Source: Muribaculaceae bacterium
GTDB lineage: Bacteria > Bacteroidota > Bacteroidia > Bacteroidales > Muribaculaceae
Assembly: GCA_045613305.1 (NCBI GenBank)
Contig: JAZLAU010000023.1
Location: 59,131 to 123,130, forward strand
Reading direction: 5' to 3'
Length of the DNA stretch: 64,000 bases
Part shown: one piece after another, positions 47,643-55,847 of the stretch
Position numbering within the stretch: the stretch's first letter is position 1
How the letters are laid out: each line of letters begins with the position of its first letter
Notes under the pieces: generated by a model
Told to the model about the DNA's origin: nothing
What the model saw: only the letters and a program-made list of their open reading frames with translations
The model's database searches: none
Program-made: the position numbers and the translations under genes

Positions 47643-48449
47643 ATGAGAAATAAGATAACTAAAATAGTATTATTGTTGACAGCATTAGTTGCTTCTACAT
47701 GTTTTGTGTCGTGCTATAAGATAGTGCGAACTCAAGCGCCCAAAAATATTGAAGCCGGCAAGACATTTGAGGGTAGAATAGTGTTGGCCGATGATGGAAG
47801 TATAAATCAGCAAGAAAAAAAGACTTGGTCGCTATTTGCAGTTAGAGTGCCTGAAGGATGGACAGTGTCGGTGCCTGATGACTGCTATGAATCGTATGCC
47901 GAAGATTGGGTGTATTTCACAAGTGGCAATCCGGTTTCGTTTAAGAGCAATATGACATATAGCGCCAATATGTCGAGAATATATAATGAAAGTAATCCAA
48001 AAGCGGGTTATAAGTGGGTGGCATTTGTTACTCCAAAACAGGTGGAGGGCTATATGGCAGCTTGTTGGCGTAACGGATGTGACTCTGTTGCAATCAACTT
48101 CAATGTGACTACCGATAAGATTGCGGGTACTTATACATTAGATTATATTGTAGGTGACGATGAGTCGGAAGCCGGAGTTGAAGCATATTCTAATCGTGAG
48201 TCGTGTAGCTCAACTCGTTTGTATCATGTAGGAACTGAGGCTACAAATGTAGAGAAAGCTCAGAATGAATGGCAATCGACAATAACAGTTACTGAAGCTT
48301 CGGGTATAAATAACGTAATTGCCGATGTTAAAGACTATCGATATGGTGTTTACACCCTCGATGGCCATCTGCTTAGAAATGATAACAACATTGACGGTTT
48401 AGCACCGGGAATTTATATTGTGGGAGGCAAGAAAACATTAGTGAAATAA
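47643..48449 (+). CDS. T9SS cargo candidate: unknown N-terminal domain plus type-A-like C-terminal sorting domain
   Basis: N-terminal signal with a possible lipobox (LLLTALVASTCFVSC). The C-terminus ...ASGINNVIADVKDYRYGVYTLDGHLLRNDNNIDGLAPGIYIVGGKKTLVK resembles the Por-secretion tail (..vYtLdG......l..GiYIv.gkK.lvK). Confidence 0.6.
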   Translation: MRNKITKIVLLLTALVASTCFVSCYKIVRTQAPKNIEAGKTFEGRIVLADDGSINQQEKKTWSLFAVRVPEGWTVSVPDDCYESYAEDWVYFTSGNPVSFKSNMTYSANMSRIYNESNPKAGYKWVAFVTPKQVEGYMAACWRNGCDSVAINFNVTTDKIAGTYTLDYIVGDDESEAGVEAYSNRESCSSTRLYHVGTEATNVEKAQNEWQSTITVTEASGINNVIADVKDYRYGVYTLDGHLLRNDNNIDGLAPGIYIVGGKKTLVK

Positions 48450-48461
48450 TAGTAAAACAAC

Positions 48462-48494
48462 AAAAAAAGGAGGTTTAACAAACCTCCTTTTTTT
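48462..48494. terminator. bidirectional terminator between the convergent T9SS-cargo gene and the APH-fold kinase gene
   Basis: A7, then AAAGGAGGTTT, loop AAC and AAACCTCCTTT, followed by T-run. Confidence 0.85.
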
Positions 48495-48564
48495 GTATTG
48501 CGAAGCGTTTAACTATCTTCTTTAATTATGATAAATTGGTGATTTAATCGTAACGGTTTTGTTG

Positions 48565-49650
48565 TTATAATTGAGTTTTGATGAATTCTTGCATTTCGCT
48601 CAAATGCTTTTCGGCGCTGGTTAGCAACTTAAATTGCGCTAACGAGCGAACGCGATTGTGTTCGGGATACTTAATCTTGTAATAAGTGTCGCCGTTGATA
48701 TAGTCGGTTAAGAAACGAACCGTTTGCATATAAGGGAAAAGGCAAGCAGCAAAAGGCAAGTTTTCAATTTCTATAGGTGTTAGGAATGCTTTTGCCGATT
48801 TGATGTAACCTTCAGCAAAAGGCTTGAAGATGTTCATATTAAACTCAATGTTATCGGTGTTAGGGTCGTCTTCGGTGCTTGTGTTTGAAGCAGAACGAAG
48901 GAAATCGCCAAAATCAGAAAACACAAAGTTAGGCATAACTGTGTCGAGGTCAATAACGCAAAGCACGTTGCCATTTTGGTCGAAAAGAATGTTGTCAACT
49001 TTTGTATCGCAGTGGCAAATGCGTTTTGGCAATTTGCCTTCGCGATGCAGACGTTCGCCTTTACACATTTCGTCGGCGCGTGCTTCTAATTCATCGACTA
49101 ACCATTTCACCTCAGCCAATCGTCCTGCTTTGTCTTCGGCAACAGCATCACGCATTTGCTGCAGGCGGAATTCCATGTTATGAAAATCCTTAATGGTTTC
49201 ACCTAATTGAGTAGGGATATCGGCTAGCATGGCTTGGAATTCACCGAAAGTTGAACCCACAATATAGGCACTTTCAGGCGACACGCCAGAGCGAGAAATA
49301 GTGTCAGGGATAAATTCCATTATTCTCCAGCACTTGCCGTTGATTATAGAGTAGTATTTGCCGTCTTTAGCGGGAACGAATTTTAAGCAACGTCTTGAAG
49401 TGTCGGTAACGCCATTTTCAGCAAGTTTTTTTCTAATATGGTCGGTAACAGCCACAATGTTGCCCATAAGCATGTCGGCATCGGGGAAGATGTCGGTGTT
49501 TACGTGTTGCAACACATAATCGGGGGCGTTGCCATCAGTTATAACTTTATATGTGGTGTTTATAAGCCCATTGCCGAGAGGGGTGACTTCGGTAGCATTG
49601 CCGGTAATTAAAAAATTATCTACAATAGACAATAGTTCAGTTTGAGTCAT
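48565..49650 (-). CDS. APH-fold phosphotransferase (anomeric sugar kinase-like: NahK/AmgK/MdsC-type)
   Basis: 361 aa. ...PLGNGLINTTYKV..., Brenner-type catalytic loop ...RICHCDTKVDNILFD... and ...VIDLDTV... (DxD metal site). Confidence 0.72.
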   Translation of the reverse strand: MTQTELLSIVDNFLITGNATEVTPLGNGLINTTYKVITDGNAPDYVLQHVNTDIFPDADMLMGNIVAVTDHIRKKLAENGVTDTSRRCLKFVPAKDGKYYSIINGKCWRIMEFIPDTISRSGVSPESAYIVGSTFGEFQAMLADIPTQLGETIKDFHNMEFRLQQMRDAVAEDKAGRLAEVKWLVDELEARADEMCKGERLHREGKLPKRICHCDTKVDNILFDQNGNVLCVIDLDTVMPNFVFSDFGDFLRSASNTSTEDDPNTDNIEFNMNIFKPFAEGYIKSAKAFLTPIEIENLPFAACLFPYMQTVRFLTDYINGDTYYKIKYPEHNRVRSLAQFKLLTSAEKHLSEMQEFIKTQL

Positions 49651-49686
49651 GGTTTTTGTGTTATTTAATGGTTCAAATAATTAATA

Positions 49687-49694
49687 CAAATATA
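49687..49694 (-). promoter_or_regulatory. -7 box (TATATTTG) of the APH-fold kinase gene
   Basis: The motif ends 36 nt upstream of ATG 49650. Confidence 0.4.
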
Positions 49695-49751
49695 GTGAAT
49701 GCTTGTTGAAAATCATCAATTTTCACTTGAATGTTATAAAAGCAGCCAGTG

Positions 49752-52199
49752 TTAAGACAGCTCAACAACAGTTATTCCCGCGCCACCGAGTTGAATGTGT
49801 TCGTCGTGATAAGAACGAACGCCAACAATAGTGTTGAGGTATTCACGAATAAGAGTGCGCAGAATGCCGTTTCCGGTGCCGTGAAGAATGCGTACTTGCT
49901 TGCTGTTAAACTGTATGGCATCGTCGATGAAATATGTCACCGCTTGAATTGCTTCATCTCCACGCATACCTCTCACATCAATATCGGGGTTGAAGTTTAG
50001 TTGGCGGTCGCGTATGGAATCGCTGGTTGCTTTAGTGACTGAAGACGAAGTTTTAGGTTTGTCGGCTTGTCGCATAGTGCCTTTGAGTTTCGACAATTTA
50101 GTGCGAGTCTTGAATCCACCTATTGCAACCATTGCATTGTTGCCCTCAATTGAAATTATGGTTCCCACAGAATTAGAGCCTTCAATAGTTACATTATCGC
50201 CAACATTAAGAGTTTCGCTGTTATTGTTTGCGGCAGGGGTGGCCTTTTTAGGCTTTTTCTTGCCGGGCAGAAGGTTTGGCATATTAGCAACTGCATCGTT
50301 GTCGTTTTGTTGCTGTATGCGTTGCTTAAATTCGTCAAGTTGACGACGCAATTCTTTGGTTTTTTCCTTTTCGGCTTGTGCCGTTTTTATCTCACGAATA
50401 GTGCGTTCGATGCTGGCATTGGTTTGGTTGAGGATGTCTTTAGCTTCGGCTTTAGCGGCGTGAATAATTTCACGCTGTTTGATGCGCAAATCTTCAACCT
50501 TGCTGTTGTATTGTTCGGCAACCTCATTGAGGTGTTTTTCCTTGCTATGAATCTCTTGGCGTTTAGTTTCCCAATATTTTCGGTCGCGTGCAATGTCGAG
50601 CAGATATTTATCCATGTTAATGTAATCGCTGCCCACAATTTCAGAGGCTTCGTTGATTACTTCGGCAGGAATGCCAATTTTTCGAGCAATTTCAATGGCA
50701 AACGAACTTCCAGGATATCCAACAGAAAGTTGGAACAGAGGTTGCATGCGTTGTCGGTCATATAGCATTGCACCGTTTATTATGCCGTCGGTTTCATCGG
50801 CATAATGCTTTAGGTTTTGGTAGTGAGTTGTAATGATGCCAAACACACGTTTTTGGTTAAGTTGGTGCAAAATTGCTTGAGCTAATGCAGCACCAATTTG
50901 AGGCTCGGTGCCGCTGCCAAATTCGTCGATAAGAATCAATGAAATGTTGTCGGCCTTGTTTAGCATCAGTTTCATGTTGTAGAGGTGTGAACTGTATGTA
51001 CTTAGGTCGTTTTCAATCGATTGCTGGTCGCCGATGTCAATAAATATGCTTCTAAACATACCAATGTGGGAGTTATAGTAAACAGGAGGAAGAACACCAC
51101 ATTGAGTCATGTATTGTATTATACCCACGGTTTTTAAGCACACTGATTTACCCCCTGCATTAGGCCCAGAAATTACAAGAATACGGTCTTTTTTAGTCAG
51201 TGTGACATTAAGAGGCACCACCTCTTTCCCTTGTTCGCGAAGAGCCAATAGCAGACCTGGGTGAACGGCATGATAGAGTTCGATTTGCGCCTTTTTTTCG
51301 ATGTGTGGCAAGCAGGCGTTAATGTCTTTGGCAAATAGGGCCTTTGCTCGAATAAAATCGAACATACCAAGTGTTTCATACGATTGCAAAAGGTCGTGAA
51401 TGTGAGGTCTGATGAAGGTAGTAATGGCGGTTAAAATGCGAACTATTTCGCGATGAATTTCTGCTTCGATTTCGCGAATTTGGTTGTTTGCTTCAACTAT
51501 TTCAGCCGGTTCTATAAATACGGTTTTTCCGGTAGCCGATTCGTCGTGAACAATGCCTTTAATTTTTCGTTTGTTCATTGGCGAAACTGGAAGCACCAAA
51601 CGTCCGTCGCGAATAGAAGGTGTGGCATCTTTGTCGAGAAAACCGTCTTGACGAGCGCGTGTGATAATGCCTCGAAGTATGCTGTTGATGCTGGAAGTGG
51701 TGGCATTGAGCGAGCGTCGCAGTTCAAGCAGTTCGGGAGATGCCGAATCTTTGATGTTGCCAAATTTGTCGAGTATGCGATTGATTTCATTCACAATCGT
51801 CGGAAAGTCTTGCATCGATTCAGTTAGTTTTCTGAGCGAAGGGAATGGACTTTCGACGTCGTCGGATGTGTGGAAAAATTTGATGATTTCGCTGATAGTG
51901 TTGAGCGAACGAAGAAGGTCGAACAAGTTTGCTTCGGTGATGAAACTTCCTGGCGTAGTTATGGCTTTCAGAGCTGGACGTACGTCAAAAAAGTGATTGA
52001 GCGGAAATTCTTTCTCGCTTTGAAGAATCGATAGAAATTCGTTGGCTTGATTTAGCCAAGTTACCACTTCGTCGTATTTTGAAGAAAAATGCATTTCGCC
52101 GCAATGAGAAGACCCGAGGGAACTAATGCAGCGGCGTTCGATTTCTGCTCTTACGGTGTCGAAACCAATCTTATTCTCGAAATTTTTAGGATATATCAT
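49752..52199 (-). CDS. mutS2: endonuclease MutS2 (MutS domain V ATPase + C-terminal Smr)
   Basis: MIYPKNFENKIGFD..., Walker A ISGPNAGGKSV, ...LIDEFGSGTEP..., and a C-terminal Smr domain (...DVRGMRGDEAI...ILHGTGNGILR...). Confidence 0.95.
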   Translation of the reverse strand: MIYPKNFENKIGFDTVRAEIERRCISSLGSSHCGEMHFSSKYDEVVTWLNQANEFLSILQSEKEFPLNHFFDVRPALKAITTPGSFITEANLFDLLRSLNTISEIIKFFHTSDDVESPFPSLRKLTESMQDFPTIVNEINRILDKFGNIKDSASPELLELRRSLNATTSSINSILRGIITRARQDGFLDKDATPSIRDGRLVLPVSPMNKRKIKGIVHDESATGKTVFIEPAEIVEANNQIREIEAEIHREIVRILTAITTFIRPHIHDLLQSYETLGMFDFIRAKALFAKDINACLPHIEKKAQIELYHAVHPGLLLALREQGKEVVPLNVTLTKKDRILVISGPNAGGKSVCLKTVGIIQYMTQCGVLPPVYYNSHIGMFRSIFIDIGDQQSIENDLSTYSSHLYNMKLMLNKADNISLILIDEFGSGTEPQIGAALAQAILHQLNQKRVFGIITTHYQNLKHYADETDGIINGAMLYDRQRMQPLFQLSVGYPGSSFAIEIARKIGIPAEVINEASEIVGSDYINMDKYLLDIARDRKYWETKRQEIHSKEKHLNEVAEQYNSKVEDLRIKQREIIHAAKAEAKDILNQTNASIERTIREIKTAQAEKEKTKELRRQLDEFKQRIQQQNDNDAVANMPNLLPGKKKPKKATPAANNNSETLNVGDNVTIEGSNSVGTIISIEGNNAMVAIGGFKTRTKLSKLKGTMRQADKPKTSSSVTKATSDSIRDRQLNFNPDIDVRGMRGDEAIQAVTYFIDDAIQFNSKQVRILHGTGNGILRTLIREYLNTIVGVRSYHDEHIQLGGAGITVVELS

Positions 52200-52203
52200 A
52201 ATA

Positions 52204-52211
52204 CAAAGATA
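52204..52211 (-). promoter_or_regulatory. -7 box (TATCTTTG) of mutS2
   Basis: The motif ends 4 nt upstream of ATG 52199. No clear -33 element. Confidence 0.35.
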
Positions 52212-52312
52212 CGGATATAAAATGAAATAGAGGAGACTAAAACCAATAATGTGCCTAAAACGTCATGTTACAGAGAGCGACGACCATGTAGCAAGGTTGA
52301 TATATGGCAATG

Positions 52313-52483
52313 TCATCGATTGGTTTTGTGAGTTAGATGCCAAGCATTGCAAGAGTTGCAGAAATATGGCTTTAGGTGTACGTTGGAGGCTTTGTTGTGT
52401 TTTGATTTGATGAATTTTTGGGCTTCAATCTCTGTCTTAAAAAGCACTTTCGGTTTGCCGCAAGATTCACATAGGCGTCTCAT
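52313..52483 (-). CDS. candidate small zinc-ribbon protein (56 aa)
   Basis: MRRLCESCGKPKVLFKTEIEAQKFIKSKHNKASNVHLKPYFCNSCNAWHLTHKTNR* has two CxxC pairs. Its ATG overlaps the nhaC TGA (ATGA at 52480..52483). In the track it is hidden as the tail of a 164-aa ORF whose upstream part overlaps nhaC out of frame. Confidence 0.45.
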   Translation of the reverse strand: MRRLCESCGKPKVLFKTEIEAQKFIKSKHNKASNVHLKPYFCNSCNAWHLTHKTNR

Positions 52484-53793
52484 AAGGCTAATGGTAGGTG
52501 TTTGTGTCGTGGAAATCTGAAAATGATGGACAAAATTACCATAAACGCTAATGTCCAAGCGTAGTAAAGGTAAGGGAAAAATGCTACAGGAGTGACTTGA
52601 GCAATTCCTGCGGCTAAAAGAGTTTGTGCACCATAAGGAATTATGCATTGCACTATGCAAGAGCAAGTGTCGAGAAGACTTGCTGTTGTGCGAGGGTCGA
52701 TGTTGAATTGCTGTGAAATTTTGCGAGCAATTTGTCCTACGGTGATTATAGCAATAGTGTTGTTTGCGGTACAAACGTTTACCACACCAACTACTCCAGA
52801 TATGCAAGCCATGGCTCCACGCTTGCCGTTGATTTGATTTGTGAGAATTTGTATTATAAATTGTATGCCACCGTTATAACGTATGACTTCGAGCAGTCCT
52901 GATGCAAGAAGAGTTACGATTATCAGATTGCCCATTTCGTTAATTCCACCGCCCATGTGTGAACACATGTCGATAAGTGGCACATTAGTGCAGAATAATG
53001 CAATGACGATGCAAGAAATAATGCCTAATGTGAGCACGGAGAGCACGTTAACGCCAAACATGGCTGTGATTATGACGAGCAGGTATGGAACAATAAGCCA
53101 CGGATTTTGATTGTTAACGACAATTGGCGCGTTATTTGTGTCGCTGAATGCTGCAAATGCTATTAGTGCCATAATAGCCGCAGGTGCAGCAATCCATAAG
53201 TTGACTTTAAACTTGTCGTTCATTTTGCACTTTTGGCTTCGTGTGGCGGCAATTGTGGTGTCGGAAATAAAAGAAAGGTTGTCGCCGAAAAACGAACCGC
53301 ATAAAATCACTGCCACAAAAAATGGAATGTTGTTGCCAGTAGATGTGGCTAACTCAACGGCAAACGGCGTTAGTGCAACAACTGTGCCCACCGATGTGCC
53401 AATTGACAATGATATGAAGCAAGCGGCCATAAACATGCTTGGCACTATGAATTGTGCAGGAAGAACAGATAGGGTTAGTGATACGGTTGCTTCGATTGAC
53501 CCTACACCTTTAGCCAATGCGGAGAATGCTCCGGCAAGTATGAATATCCAAATCATATATAGGACATCGCTATTAGCAGCACCGCGTGAAAATATTTCTA
53601 TTCGCGACGAAAAGGGTGTGTTTTTAACAGTTGCAATTGCCCATAAAGAAGCCACGATAAATGCCAATGCTAATGGCATTTTGTAGAAGTCGTTAATTGC
53701 AACTGATACTGCTAAATATAGTAGTAGAAAAACTGCAATTGGTGATATTGCAATTATTCCTTTTTTTAGTGAAATTCGTTCTTGATTTTCCAT
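52480..53793 (-). CDS. nhaC: Na+/H+ antiporter, NhaC family
   Basis: Polytopic protein of about 437 aa with NhaC-type repeats (...AGAFSALAKGVGSIEA..., ...GSFFGDNLSFISDTTI..., ...CIVQCIIPYGAQ...). The start was set at ATG 53793 (MENQERISLKK) because a TAACTTTG promoter box lies inside the track's first 7 codons. Confidence 0.85.
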   Translation of the reverse strand: MENQERISLKKGIIAISPIAVFLLLYLAVSVAINDFYKMPLALAFIVASLWAIATVKNTPFSSRIEIFSRGAANSDVLYMIWIFILAGAFSALAKGVGSIEATVSLTLSVLPAQFIVPSMFMAACFISLSIGTSVGTVVALTPFAVELATSTGNNIPFFVAVILCGSFFGDNLSFISDTTIAATRSQKCKMNDKFKVNLWIAAPAAIMALIAFAAFSDTNNAPIVVNNQNPWLIVPYLLVIITAMFGVNVLSVLTLGIISCIVIALFCTNVPLIDMCSHMGGGINEMGNLIIVTLLASGLLEVIRYNGGIQFIIQILTNQINGKRGAMACISGVVGVVNVCTANNTIAIITVGQIARKISQQFNIDPRTTASLLDTCSCIVQCIIPYGAQTLLAAGIAQVTPVAFFPYLYYAWTLAFMVILSIIFRFPRHKHLPLAL

Positions 53794-53801
53794 AATGGTT
53801 G

Positions 53802-53809
53802 CAAAGTTA
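53802..53809 (-). promoter_or_regulatory. -7 box (TAACTTTG) of nhaC
   Basis: The motif ends 8 nt upstream of ATG 53793. Confidence 0.4.
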
Positions 53810-53870
53810 CGCATAAATTTTAAAAATCACGCGGCGACTGCGGTAAATGATGGTTCAAGTTGTTAGTATA

Positions 53871-53903
53871 TAATAAAATAGGGACAGAATCATTCTGTCC
53901 CTA
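53871..53903 (-). terminator. intrinsic terminator after the 5'-nucleotidase gene
   Basis: TAGGGACAGAA, loop TCA, then TTCTGTCCCTA. On the minus strand it is followed by TTTTATTAT, an interrupted T-tract. Confidence 0.65.
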
Positions 53904-53936
53904 TTAATGTTTTTTTCAGGCTAATTATGTAGGTGA

Positions 53937-55676
53937 TTATTTAGCCGGGAATAATTTTTCAAAATCGCGTTTGCTTGCTTTTTCAACATATTCTTCAGGA
54001 ATAAACTTCCAATTGTTGTGCGCTTTGGGCGATATGGTGTTGTTTTTGCGGATGTATTCCAGCATGTAGAATCGAAGGTCTTTGTCGGTAGAATACATTA
54101 TTCGCTTGGTTAATTCGTCTTTAGGAATTCCGGCTCCTGAAGTGAGCAAACCGCCTCCTCCGTTGCCGCGATAAGAGTTAATGGCAACTTTGTAATTTTT
54201 GTTAAGTTCGAAAGGAGAGCCGTCGGCCATGCTAATGATATTAACTTTTTCGCCACGAGGCTTTGTTAGGTCAACGGTGTAGATGATGCCTGCAGCGGAG
54301 TCGAAATTGTAGCTTTCGTGTTGGAATGAAGCTCTGCTTTCATCGCCTTCGGTTTTTGTTTCTTTAAACCAAAGCATGTGGTCGTCGGGCGATGACATTT
54401 GAGAGGTCCAGATGTAATAAGAATATTCAAGATAGTCTTTAATTTCCTTGCCGCTAAGCTGCATAGCATAGAGCATGTTTTCGTATTTCATTAGGGTGAA
54501 CATGTCGCTTATGTGAATATTGCCTTCATCGATTTGGGCGTCGAACGACAATGGCGCGGCAAAAGATATGTCGGCGTCGGCAATATTTAACTGAATATCG
54601 TGAATGAAATCGATAAACGCCGATGAACCGAAATATGCAGGACGAGTGGAGATGGTTTCGGTGCAGTAGCCTATTTTTTCGCTCACAAATTCTTTGATTT
54701 CAAGGAATTGAGAATTGAATTTTTTTAAGAATTTAGCATCGGGCTGATATTTGTTGATGTCTTCAAGACCTCCGCTGATGGTTTTAGATGTTACCTTTTT
54801 GTTTTTTAAAGTAAATTCAACCTCTATGTTTGCCACCCAATTGCCGTTGTTTGCAGGATTAGCAATCAGCACTTTGTGTCCGGCGTCGTTGGTGATGAAC
54901 TTGTAGTCTTTGCGGTGGTCGTGACCGATTAGTATAATGTCGAAGCCGTCGACTTTTTTTGCAACTTCAAGTGAGGCATTTTCGGCATATCCGGCCACTG
55001 AGTGGTTTATGTCTTGTCCGGCGTGGAAAAGACCAATGATTAAGTCGGGCTTTTCATTTTGCTTAATGATAGGAATCCATTCTTTAGCGGTTTCAACCAT
55101 ATCTTTGAAATAAAGTCCTTCCCAAAGGTTTTCGGGTAACCAAGCCGGAATGGCAGGAGTGATAAGGCCAATGACGGCAATCTTAACGTCGTTGCGCTTA
55201 AAAATTTTGTACGGAGTTAGATAAGGCTGGTCGGTGGCTGCGTTAATGGTGTTTGCGCTAATTATTGGGAACTTGCATTGCTTAATCCATCGGTCGTATA
55301 CTTCGTGCCCAGTTTCAATGTCATGATTGCCTATATTGCCGGCGTCGTATTTCATAAAGTTAAGCGCATCGGCAAATAGGTGCTTTTGTTTTGTGTTGAT
55401 GAAGTTATAGTAGTAGGCGCTTGGCTGACCTTGCAGTATGTCGCCATTTTCCAATAAAATTAGGTTCTTACCGTAGGTTTTGCGTTGTTGGTTAACAAAA
55501 GTGCTTACTCTCGACAAACTGCCTTTCCATTCTTCTCCGGCAATGAAATTATAAGGGAAGCAATTGCCGTGAATGTCCGAGGTTTGGACAATGTTGATTT
55601 TTACAATTTTTTCTTTTGCGAAAATTGTTGTTGCTACAGAAATTAGCGACATAATTATAAAAAAAAGTCTTTTCAC
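53937..55676 (-). CDS. bifunctional metallophosphatase/5'-nucleotidase (UshA-like), secreted
   Basis: Signal peptide. Calcineurin-type motifs are QTSDIHGN, ...LENGDILQG..., ...GNHDIE..., ...GHDH... A C-terminal 5'-nucleotidase substrate-binding domain follows. Confidence 0.85.
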   Translation of the reverse strand: MKRLFFIIMSLISVATTIFAKEKIVKINIVQTSDIHGNCFPYNFIAGEEWKGSLSRVSTFVNQQRKTYGKNLILLENGDILQGQPSAYYYNFINTKQKHLFADALNFMKYDAGNIGNHDIETGHEVYDRWIKQCKFPIISANTINAATDQPYLTPYKIFKRNDVKIAVIGLITPAIPAWLPENLWEGLYFKDMVETAKEWIPIIKQNEKPDLIIGLFHAGQDINHSVAGYAENASLEVAKKVDGFDIILIGHDHRKDYKFITNDAGHKVLIANPANNGNWVANIEVEFTLKNKKVTSKTISGGLEDINKYQPDAKFLKKFNSQFLEIKEFVSEKIGYCTETISTRPAYFGSSAFIDFIHDIQLNIADADISFAAPLSFDAQIDEGNIHISDMFTLMKYENMLYAMQLSGKEIKDYLEYSYYIWTSQMSSPDDHMLWFKETKTEGDESRASFQHESYNFDSAAGIIYTVDLTKPRGEKVNIISMADGSPFELNKNYKVAINSYRGNGGGGLLTSGAGIPKDELTKRIMYSTDKDLRFYMLEYIRKNNTISPKAHNNWKFIPEEYVEKASKRDFEKLFPAK

Positions 55677-55847
55677 GATTGTGGTGTTAAAAGTTTAATT
55701 GAGTAATTAGTTACAAAATTAGTAAAAAAGAAATGATAAGAAAATTTATAAATTGTTTTTCAAGGATAAATATAGAGAAGAAGGCTATTTGAGTGTTAAT
55801 ATCTTTTCGATTAGAATATTAGTTAAAGTAATGGGAATTTATTAATT

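Noticed and set aside
52484-52807. Upstream two-thirds of the 164-aa ORF 52313..52807.
   Set aside because: It overlaps the 3' end of nhaC in another frame and is His/Ser/Cys/Arg-rich nonsense. Only the last 56 codons, downstream of the nhaC stop, are considered a candidate gene.
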